From an uncultured archaeon (GTDB lineage Archaea > Iainarchaeota > Iainarchaeia > Iainarchaeales > CSSED10-239), in the NCBI GenBank assembly GCA_964591795.1, contig CAZQEL010000018.1, forward strand, positions 1-17,688: a stretch of DNA of 17,688 nt. The letters are read 5' to 3'. This document shows positions 7,820 through 14,833 of this stretch, piece after piece (within the stretch, counting starts at the first letter, position 1; each line of letters starts with the position of its first letter). The position numbers were made by a program, and so were the translations under genes. The notes below the pieces were generated by a model, which was given only the letters and a program-made list of their open reading frames with translations, made no database searches and was not told the DNA's origin.

Positions 7820-10102
7820 TTAAATAACAACCTTAGAAACCCCATCATTTTCTTTATCTCTTTCAATTATAAATTTATTTGAATTTAAAGTCTCTAAAAG
7901 CTTTTGATCATGAGTTACAATAAATATTTGATCTACCAAATCAGGTAATTCTTCACCTAAAATCATAGCTAATGCTTCAACTGAAGAAACATCTAAATTA
8001 TGTGTAGGTTCATCTAAAATTAAAAGGCCTAATTTTTTAGTTAAAATTAAAGAAATTGCAATTCTTATAGATAAAGACGCACATGCTCTTTCTCCACCAC
8101 TTAAAATACCTTCAACTCTAATCCATTTGTTTTTTAAAGTTAAAACTTCTAAAATATAATCATTACTAGTATTAAGTCTTGCGGATAAATAATCCTTATA
8201 AGGATAAATTTTTGGCCAAATAATCGATAAAGCTTGATTTATATTATCAATTAAAATTTTTCTTAACTGTAATTGACTAATATCAATTGCTTTTAAAAAA
8301 TAAGAAAGATCTTGTTTTTTATTAGAAATACTTTTCTGAGATTTTAAAATTTCATCTTTTTTTAAACTTAAAGTAGTATAATTATTTATTTGAGATTTTA
8401 CTGTTAACAATATTTCAGAATAAATTTTTGATTTATCTTTTAAATCTTTTAAAATAGAATCAAAATTATTAAATTCAGAAAACACTTTTAAATATTTATC
8501 TTCATTATAATTAATTAAAGCAAGTTCTTTTTCAAGAGAAACTACTTTTAATTCAAGTTCATTTTTCTTTAAAATTAATTTAAAATATTCTTCTTTATTT
8601 AAAACCATTTTTTTTAAATCAGAAATAGTATTAACAATTACATCTAAATTAACAATTACAGGCACTAATGAAAGTTCTTTTTCAAAAGAAGACAATAAAG
8701 TTTTCTTATCTAAAACTATTTTATTAAATTCTAAAATCTGAGAATTAATAAATTTGTTTTTTTCAATGTTTTTTTCAACCAAAATAAAGTAATCCATTTC
8801 TTTTTGATTAATTAATAGTTGATTATTAATTTCAGTCAATAATAAATTTGTTTTATTTAAATTATCTTTTTTAGAAGATAACAATAAATTTATTTTTTCA
8901 ACGGATAAATTTGTATCACAAACAGGACATTTAGAGTAACCTTTGCTTAATTCAGAAATAGATTTATCAATATCATTTATTTTAGATAAATATGAAATTT
9001 TAGTTTCTTTAAATAAATCTATTTTCTTTAATTTAGTGTTTTTTAATAAACTTAATTTTTCAAAAGAAAACTCTTCTTTAATTAAAGATAAATTTAAATA
9101 TTTTATTTTATTTTCAGTAATACTAATTTCATTTTTATAAAATTTTGTTTTGTTTTCAATATCTTTTTTATTAATTGCAAATTTATTATTTTCATCTTGC
9201 TTTTGTTTATATTCAATTTCAAGCTTAGACAAGTTCTCTTTATCCGAAACTAAAGATTCTTTTGTGAATTTATCTAAATAAACTGATAAATCATTATTTA
9301 AATCAGATAATCTAGTTAAATTTGATTTATAATCTAAATTTATTTTTTCAAATTTTAATTTAATTTGCTTTAAATTATTTAAATTATCAGAGACTTCTTT
9401 AACTTTTGAATCAATAGAATTAATCTTTAAATTAACATCATCTAAAATACTAATAGATTGTTTTTCTTTATCTAAAAGTTCATTATAATTAATATTTGAT
9501 AATTGGTCAATAATTTGATTAGACAGTGCATCTTTTTTATTTAATTCAATAGACAATACCCTATCAATATCCCTTGTTGCGACCTTTATTTTTTCAAAAT
9601 GAGAAATTCCAAATAAATCATCAAATTGTTCTTTTCTTTTAGAAGGTACAATTTTTAAAAAATAATCAATTTCGTTTTGATGAGAATATACTACTTTGAT
9701 AAACAAATTATAATCAATACCTAAAAGTTTAGATACAAACAAATCAACATCAGTTTTTTTAGGCCCAGCAATTAATTTATCTTCAAAATATAGTTTAGCA
9801 GAATTAGATTTATTTCCAGAATAAACTTCTCTTTCAATTAAATATAATTTATTTTCAAGTTCAAACTCTAGCACAACTTTAAAAAAATCCTTTTTAGAAG
9901 GTTTAAACATAATAGTTTCATCAAGGGATATTTTACGATTTGAAAGAGATGGATAAGTTCCATATAATGCATAACAAATAGCATCAACAATGCTTGATTT
10001 CCCAGAACCAATAATACCTAAAAGTATATTTGCACCTTTCTTAAAATCAAGTTTAGATTCTAAATGGGTTTTCCAATTTTCTAGATAAATTGATTTTATC
10101 AT
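7820..10102 (-). CDS. rad50: Rad50 DNA double-strand break repair ATPase (SMC-like), short coiled-coil version
   Basis: Walker A is LLGIIGSGKSSIVDAI. A long Lys/Asn/Leu-rich coiled coil carries a central CxxC zinc hook (SKCPVCDT). The ABC signature is ILSGGERACASLS, Walker B is LLILDEPTHNLD, and the H-loop is IFIVTHD. Confidence 0.9.
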   Translation of the reverse strand: MIKSIYLENWKTHLESKLDFKKGANILLGIIGSGKSSIVDAICYALYGTYPSLSNRKISLDETIMFKPSKKDFFKVVLEFELENKLYLIEREVYSGNKSNSAKLYFEDKLIAGPKKTDVDLFVSKLLGIDYNLFIKVVYSHQNEIDYFLKIVPSKRKEQFDDLFGISHFEKIKVATRDIDRVLSIELNKKDALSNQIIDQLSNINYNELLDKEKQSISILDDVNLKINSIDSKVKEVSDNLNNLKQIKLKFEKINLDYKSNLTRLSDLNNDLSVYLDKFTKESLVSDKENLSKLEIEYKQKQDENNKFAINKKDIENKTKFYKNEISITENKIKYLNLSLIKEEFSFEKLSLLKNTKLKKIDLFKETKISYLSKINDIDKSISELSKGYSKCPVCDTNLSVEKINLLLSSKKDNLNKTNLLLTEINNQLLINQKEMDYFILVEKNIEKNKFINSQILEFNKIVLDKKTLLSSFEKELSLVPVIVNLDVIVNTISDLKKMVLNKEEYFKLILKKNELELKVVSLEKELALINYNEDKYLKVFSEFNNFDSILKDLKDKSKIYSEILLTVKSQINNYTTLSLKKDEILKSQKSISNKKQDLSYFLKAIDISQLQLRKILIDNINQALSIIWPKIYPYKDYLSARLNTSNDYILEVLTLKNKWIRVEGILSGGERACASLSIRIAISLILTKKLGLLILDEPTHNLDVSSVEALAMILGEELPDLVDQIFIVTHDQKLLETLNSNKFIIERDKENDGVSKVVI

Positions 10103-10115
10103 ATAATTATATAAT

Positions 10116-10136
10116 ATATAAAAAAGAATAAAAAGA
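10116..10136 (-). promoter_or_regulatory. Putative TATA/BRE promoter(s) for rad50
   Basis: Two adjacent CTTTTTAT-type motifs occur on the coding strand (complement of 10117-10126 and 10127-10135), 15-33 nt upstream of the ATG at 10102. There is no Shine-Dalgarno sequence. Confidence 0.3.
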
Positions 10137-10441
10137 GCACTTAAAAACTAAATTACAAGTAGTGTCTAGAAAATAAATAAATCAACTTAATATTTAAATT
10201 AAATCCCAAAATATTATCTTTCAACACTAAATAAAGCTAAAATTTCAGCACAAAATTTAATTATATTATAAATTTTAAAATTTTGATTAATATATAATTC
10301 ATTGAAAATCAATAATTTATTTTTATTTTTTTATTTTTTTAAATATTAAAAACTTATTATAACTATTATTTTAAAAATACAAAATTTTAACCAGACCAAA
10401 ACATTTAAAAAACAACTATTATATAATTTATTTGATTAACT

Positions 10442-10633
10442 ATGAATGATTTTAAAAAAATAATCAAAGATGAAAAAGCACAAATTTCTGCAGAAATGAT
10501 AATATTAATTGCAGCAATAATTGCTATTGTTCTAGTAGTTATAACCCAACTTCAAAAAACAACAAACAAAGCAAGCAAAGCAGTAGACAATAAAGCAGAT
10601 GATGTGTTTAAACAAATTAAAAAAATAAATTAA
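10442..10633 (+). CDS. Class III signal peptide protein (small archaeal type IV pilin-like, DUF361-like)
   Basis: MNDFKKIIKDEKA|QISAEMIILIAAIIAIVLVVI has a charged n-region, Ala at -1, Gln at +1, Glu at +5, and then a hydrophobic helix of about 20 residues. At 63 aa it could be a major pilin. Confidence 0.7.
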   Translation: MNDFKKIIKDEKAQISAEMIILIAAIIAIVLVVITQLQKTTNKASKAVDNKADDVFKQIKKIN

Positions 10634-10650
10634 ATACAAAAGAGGCTTTA

Positions 10651-11049
10651 GTGAACCAAAGAGCACAAGTCAGTTTAGAATATATATTAATTGCACTTTC
10701 AACTGTAATTGTCCTTTCACTTATTGTTTTTCAAGCAACAACACTTTATTCTAGAAATATTAAACAAATAGATAACAGAGAACTAAAAGATACTTATGAA
10801 AAAATTCAAAATGATCTTGATATTATTGAACTTACATCAAATTACTATAATGAAATAGTAGTTTATCCACAAACTTCTTGGACTTTTAAAAAAATAAATA
10901 ATTTAGAATATAAGTTATACAATAAAGAAAAAGAATATCTAATAAAAACATCAGAATCAATTAATCTTAAAATTAAAAAAATAAACACAGAATCAATTAT
11001 TATAATTAAAAAAGAAAATAAAAAAATATCCATAGAGTTAAAAACATGA
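10651..11049 (+). CDS. Class III signal peptide protein (pilin-like)
   Basis: A GTG start is preceded by AAGAGG. MNQRA|QVSLEYILIALSTVIVLSLIVF has Gln at +1 and Glu at +5. The gene starts 17 nt after the previous pilin gene. Confidence 0.65.
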   Translation: MNQRAQVSLEYILIALSTVIVLSLIVFQATTLYSRNIKQIDNRELKDTYEKIQNDLDIIELTSNYYNEIVVYPQTSWTFKKINNLEYKLYNKEKEYLIKTSESINLKIKKINTESIIIIKKENKKISIELKT

Positions 11050-11564
11050 ACCTAAATAATTCAATTTCAAAAATATTGTTTATTGGAATTACAATCCATG
11101 AATTAGCACATATTTTTGCTTGCTTGATATTAGGTGTGAAAATTAAAAATATACAAATTTTTAGTTTCAATGAAGGTTATGTAGTACATAATGAATCAAG
11201 ATCTTATAAAAATATAATAATTTCAATATTTCCTTTCTTTTTTAATTTATTAATTGCATATTTAGGAATTCTTTTATTAAAACAAGAAATTTCACTATTA
11301 TACCAAATTATTATAATATGGATATCAATATCTGCAATTTTCTTTTCAATACCTAGTAAACAAGATGCAAGTAATATTTTTGCATCAATTAAGAAAAGTT
11401 ATAGAACTAATCAATCTTTGTTTAAATGGTTTTATAAAATTTTATTATTACCCTTAACAATACTCATTTTAATACTTTCATGGGCATTTAAAATGCTTGA
11501 TCAATCAATTATTGTAAGAATTGTCTTAATTTTCATTTGGTTTTATGTATTAATCATATTATGA
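11046..11564 (+). CDS. Small polytopic membrane protein with an HExxH motif (putative membrane zincin, M50/DUF3267-like)
   Basis: An ATGA stop/start overlap links it to the upstream pilin gene. I see about five hydrophobic segments by eye. HELAH lies within the first (FIGITIHELAHIFACLILG), and IPSKQDAS follows the third. Confidence 0.6.
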   Translation: MNLNNSISKILFIGITIHELAHIFACLILGVKIKNIQIFSFNEGYVVHNESRSYKNIIISIFPFFFNLLIAYLGILLLKQEISLLYQIIIIWISISAIFFSIPSKQDASNIFASIKKSYRTNQSLFKWFYKILLLPLTILILILSWAFKMLDQSIIVRIVLIFIWFYVLIIL

Positions 11565-11592
11565 GAAAATAATTAGTATTTTAATATTATCG

Positions 11593-11620
11593 CTTATATA
11601 ATATATTAGCTAAGGGGGAG
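11593..11620 (+). promoter_or_regulatory. Putative TATA box and Shine-Dalgarno site for the PCNA gene
   Basis: CTTATATAA occupies 11593-11601. The G-rich AGGGGGAG at 11613-11620 lies 8 nt upstream of the ATG at 11629. Confidence 0.35.
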
Positions 11621-11628
11621 TTTTTAGT

Positions 11629-12381
11629 ATGATTAAATTAATTATTAAAGATGTAAAAGAATTTCAAAAAAGTATAGACGCTATTGGTGTTTTAATAAAC
11701 GAAGGTTTATTTACAATAGACGCTGAAAAAATGTTTCTTAGGGCAACAGATCCAGGACAAATTAGTCTTGTAGACTTTGTTATGCCAAAAGATGCTTTTG
11801 AAGAATTTTTAGTTGATATTAAAAATGAAGAAACAAATGTAACATTTGGAATTAATATAAATAATTTTTTACAAATATTAGCTCACTCCTCAAGCGATGA
11901 TAAACTTATGCTTGAAATAAAAGATGATAAATCTTTTATATTAATTGAACTTATTGGAAAATCAAAAAGAAGTTTCCATATTCCATTAATTGATGTTTCA
12001 GAACAAGAACAACCATTACCAAAGATACAATTTGATGTTACTGTTCAAATTCCATCAGATCAATTACTTGCAGGAATTAAAGATGCTAGTCTTTTCAGTT
12101 CACACATTACTATTAAAGTTGAAAATAACAAATTATTTTTAGAAACACAAAGTAGTAAAGGTAAGTTTAAACAAGAAATTGAACCAGATAATTCAAATTT
12201 AATAATATCAGGAAGTAAAGCAAAAGCAATGTATACTCTTGATTACTTACAAAATATGATAAAAAATGCTAAAAGTGAAATAACATTAAAAATTAAAGAT
12301 GATATGCCACTTGAACTTAACTACACAATCGGTTCATCAGCAATAAGATACTTTTTAGCACCAAGAGTTGACAACGAATAG
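11629..12381 (+). CDS. pcn: DNA polymerase sliding clamp PCNA
   Basis: The protein is 250 aa. The N-terminus reads KEFQKSIDAIGVLINEGLFTIDAEKMFLRATDPGQISLVDF. Two-domain-sized repeats are visible, and the C-terminal IRYFLAPRVDNE is typical of archaeal PCNA. Confidence 0.92.
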   Translation: MIKLIIKDVKEFQKSIDAIGVLINEGLFTIDAEKMFLRATDPGQISLVDFVMPKDAFEEFLVDIKNEETNVTFGININNFLQILAHSSSDDKLMLEIKDDKSFILIELIGKSKRSFHIPLIDVSEQEQPLPKIQFDVTVQIPSDQLLAGIKDASLFSSHITIKVENNKLFLETQSSKGKFKQEIEPDNSNLIISGSKAKAMYTLDYLQNMIKNAKSEITLKIKDDMPLELNYTIGSSAIRYFLAPRVDNE

Positions 12382-12416
12382 TTTTAAACAAAAACTATTC
12401 TTTCTTTTTTTATTTT
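12376..12416 (+). terminator. Hairpin plus T-tract terminator after the PCNA gene
   Basis: A perfect 10-bp inverted repeat, GAATAGTTTT (12376-12385) and AAAACTATTC (12391-12400), has a 5-nt loop and overlaps the TAG stop. It is followed by TTTCTTTTTTTATTTT. Confidence 0.45.
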
Positions 12417-12835
12417 AATAAAAATTAATTAATAGTTATATTTACTTCAGTTTATACTGTTTATTCAATATCATCATTGACATCCAAAGTAATATTATAT
12501 ATTTTATAATATTCTATATTATATTTAAATTAAAACCACCAATTGTATAAAAAAAAATTTCTACTTTTTATAAGATTATTTAAAATATATTTTAATAATA
12601 TTTTATTATATAAATTTTTAAAAACACTATATTTTAGAACAAAAGTTAGATGATAAAAGTATTTTATTTTATCCGAATATTTTTTATACTTATACCTACA
12701 TAAATTTATTATATATAATTATATTTTATTTATAGCCAACTGACGGATACTTTATAGAAAGATTAAAACTAGAAAAAGTTTGAAAATATATATTATACGA
12801 TATTAATCACAACATTAATATTAAATATTCTGTCT
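12417..12835. other. Long non-coding extremely AT-rich region; candidate replication origin/DNA unwinding element (unproven)
   Basis: No ORF occurs on either strand. My hand count gives 63 G/C in the 420 nt from 12421 to 12840, and 12491-12640 is almost pure A/T. The region lies between the PCNA gene and, one gene away, orc1/cdc6. I could not identify canonical ORB repeats. Confidence 0.3.
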
Positions 12836-12850
12836 AAGGAGTAATAATTT

Positions 12851-13315
12851 ATGGGTAAGATAATAAAATTTATTCCAAAACATCGTGAAGTAAAAAAAAT
12901 AAAACAAAAAAAACCAGGAAAAAAAGTTAATATTATAAAAATATCTGAAAATAAAAAAAAAATTATCACTACACTTTTTAAAAATCACAAACTAATAAAT
13001 TGTGCTGAATTAAATAAAACAAAAAAAATAATTGCATTTAAATTATTATATAATAAAAAGTATCAAATAGAAATAGTTACAAGATTTAATAAAATACAAT
13101 TTGGTTTTAATAAATTTCATAAAAGTCTTGAACACTTAAAATATACAAAAAAAGAACAAAAAAATTCTCTTAAAAAAGTAATAAACCTTTTTAATGAATA
13201 TTTAGAAAATTCAAGAAATATTGATGAATTTATAAAAAGTTTAATATTATTTGATGATGCATTTTATGCTGGTAATGAAAATGCTATTGAAAAAGTGTAT
13301 AAAGATATTGATTAA
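12851..13315 (+). CDS. Hypothetical Lys-rich basic protein (154 aa)
   Basis: AAGGAG at 12836-12841 lies 9 nt upstream of the ATG. A 154-codon open frame is unlikely by chance in AT-rich DNA. The N-terminal half is very basic (KHREVKKIKQKKPGKK). I recognise no family. Confidence 0.55.
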   Translation: MGKIIKFIPKHREVKKIKQKKPGKKVNIIKISENKKKIITTLFKNHKLINCAELNKTKKIIAFKLLYNKKYQIEIVTRFNKIQFGFNKFHKSLEHLKYTKKEQKNSLKKVINLFNEYLENSRNIDEFIKSLILFDDAFYAGNENAIEKVYKDID

Positions 13316-13328
13316 AATAAAGATTGAT

Positions 13329-13370
13329 TTAGATAAAAATTTAAATTTAGATCTAATTTTTATTTTACTT
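13329..13370. terminator. Possible bidirectional terminator between convergent genes
   Basis: TTAGAT (13329-13334) and ATCTAA (13351-13356) form an inverted repeat around the palindromes AAATTTAAATTT and TAGATCTA. T-runs follow on both strands. Confidence 0.3.
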
Positions 13371-13371
13371 T

Positions 13372-14463
13372 TTATAATAATTCTTTACTAAAATTAAGAA
13401 TTATCAATCGAACATTACCTTTTCCTTCATCAACTTTATTTAAAGTAATAAATCCTAGTTGTTTAAACTTTAAAAGATACCGTCTTAAAGTTCTTTCAGA
13501 AATATTTGGAAATAATTTATACACTTCAATAGTTTTCATATCATTTTCAAGAGATTTTAGCAAATTAAACTCTTCTTTAGATAAAGAACCTACTTTTTCA
13601 TTAATTTTAATTGAATCTATTAATGAAGAAGATGCTAATAGTATTTGTTTAGTAATTTTTAATAATCCTTCTCTCTCTGATTCCTTTGCAGCTTTATATA
13701 ACAAGTCAATTGCAATTCTAGCGTCACCAGATCTAATAGCAGCATAGCCAGCAATATAACCTATTAAATCAGCTGAAATTGATTTTTCTAAAAGCCCATA
13801 TTTAATTCTTTCTTCTAATATTTTTTTTAAATCTTGAGAAGTATATTTTTTAAACTCTAAATCCTGTAAAAACAAAGAACTTTGTGTTCTTAAATCTAAA
13901 TTTAATATGAAAGATTTGTTATTTGTAACTAAAAGTAATGTGAAATATTTATTATTATATGAAAATCTTGAAAGATCATATAACAATGCAGATAAATCCT
14001 TATTATTTAATTTATCAACTTCATCTAAAATTATTACTGGTGAAAAAGTTGATTTTGAAAACAATTCTTTTATTCTAGTCCACAATTCATCAATAGCAAG
14101 CCCACGTCTAGGCATAATACCACCAAAAAAAGCAACTATTTTTGAAAGTACTGAAAATCTAGTATTATCTTGAATACAATTTATATAAATGTATTTTGCT
14201 TTTAAAGAATATTCAGATAATTCATTTAATACAAAATTAGATACTAAAGTTTTGCCTGTTCCTGGCGGACCATGTATTAAAAAATTATTAGCTTTTTTAT
14301 TTAAAACTAAATTCTTTAATGAAAAAGTTAATTCTTTTAGTTCTTTTTCTCTAGAATATATATTTTCTGGTAAATATTCAGGATAAAATACAGATTCATT
14401 TAAGAATATAGATTGCTCTATATTCTTTAATTCAGAAAAAATATTCTTTTTTGAAACAGACAT
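13372..14463 (-). CDS. cdc6: Orc1/Cdc6 replication initiator (AAA+ ATPase with a C-terminal winged helix)
   Basis: Walker A is FLIHGPPGTGKTL, Walker B is VIILDEVDKL, sensor-1 is LLLVTNN, and sensor-2 is SGDARIAIDLLYKAA. The C-terminal region has a winged-helix-like sequence (RTLRRYLLKFKQLGFITL). The length is 363 aa. Confidence 0.92.
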   Translation of the reverse strand: MSVSKKNIFSELKNIEQSIFLNESVFYPEYLPENIYSREKELKELTFSLKNLVLNKKANNFLIHGPPGTGKTLVSNFVLNELSEYSLKAKYIYINCIQDNTRFSVLSKIVAFFGGIMPRRGLAIDELWTRIKELFSKSTFSPVIILDEVDKLNNKDLSALLYDLSRFSYNNKYFTLLLVTNNKSFILNLDLRTQSSLFLQDLEFKKYTSQDLKKILEERIKYGLLEKSISADLIGYIAGYAAIRSGDARIAIDLLYKAAKESEREGLLKITKQILLASSSLIDSIKINEKVGSLSKEEFNLLKSLENDMKTIEVYKLFPNISERTLRRYLLKFKQLGFITLNKVDEGKGNVRLIILNFSKELL

Positions 14464-14526
14464 AAAAGTATAATGAATGGTTTAGTTTAAAAATATTATT
14501 CTTTAAAATAAAAACACTAGTTTTAT

Positions 14527-14548
14527 CTCGGACAAGAGGTCCCCTCGA
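14527..14548. promoter_or_regulatory. Isolated GC-rich dyad element in the orc1/cdc6 upstream spacer; candidate protein-binding site
   Basis: CTCGGACAAGAGGTCCCCTCGA contains GGAC-N5-GTCC followed by CCC. It is the only GC-rich patch in any spacer of this window. It lies 64-85 nt upstream of the cdc6 ATG and is flanked by imperfect direct repeats ATAAAAAC(A)CTAGTT at 14508 and 14564. Confidence 0.3.
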
Positions 14549-14614
14549 AAATCTATATAGAATATAAAAACCTAGTTATTTTATTAATTAAAAAAAACTA
14601 AAAGGTGATGAATA

Positions 14615-14785
14615 ATGCAAATGTTATATAGACAAGAACTAGGTAATTTTGAAACAAAATTTCTAACAAATATTAAAAACACACTTTTAAAAAGAATGGA
14701 AATTGGTCAAATAACTAAAAACCATAACAATATGTTAATTGATGTGTTAAGTGAAATAGACTATAGAAGAGTTATAAACAGCTAA
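14615..14785 (+). CDS. Small hypothetical protein (56 aa), not in the supplied ORF track
   Basis: The frame ATG 14615 to TAA 14783-14785 translates as MQMLYRQELGNFETKFLTNIKNTLLKRMEIGQITKNHNNMLIDVLSEIDYRRVINS. GGTGA at 14604-14608 lies 6 nt upstream. A TATA-like AATATAAAAA occurs at 14561-14570. Confidence 0.45.
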   Translation: MQMLYRQELGNFETKFLTNIKNTLLKRMEIGQITKNHNNMLIDVLSEIDYRRVINS

Positions 14786-14833
14786 GAATTAAATAAAAAG
14801 AAATATAAGTGTTATGTAGTTATATTTATATAC

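Noticed and set aside
8943-9140. 65-codon plus-strand ORF
   Set aside because: It is antisense within the rad50 coiled-coil region. The low-complexity AT-rich sequence there keeps several frames open by chance.
12447-12477. C/D-box sRNA-like arrangement on the minus strand: AUGAUGA (complement of 12471-12477), a 20-nt spacer, then CUGA (complement of 12447-12450). A similar AUGAUGU, 16-nt spacer, CUGA arrangement occurs at the complement of 5853-5879.
   Set aside because: The units are only about 30 nt long. They lack internal D' and C' boxes and terminal pairing, whereas archaeal C/D sRNAs are about 50-60 nt with two guide regions. Such short motifs are expected by chance in AT-rich DNA.
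12491-12605. AT-only inverted repeats: AATATTATA-N5-TATAATATT at 12491-12513 and TAAAATAT-N9-ATATTTTA at 12581-12605
   Set aside because: Perfect short palindromes made only of A and T are expected frequently in near-pure A/T sequence. They are not evidence of specific binding sites or an ORB on their own.
13907-14386. Two plus-strand ORFs (13907-14173 and 14189-14386)
   Set aside because: Both are antisense within orc1/cdc6, whose AAA+ motifs are unambiguous on the minus strand.
14527-14548. The GC-rich patch considered as a tRNA fragment or split-tRNA half
   Set aside because: It is only about 22 nt with a 4-bp stem. It has no T-loop (GTTCRAATC) or D-loop consensus and no acceptor-stem complementarity nearby.
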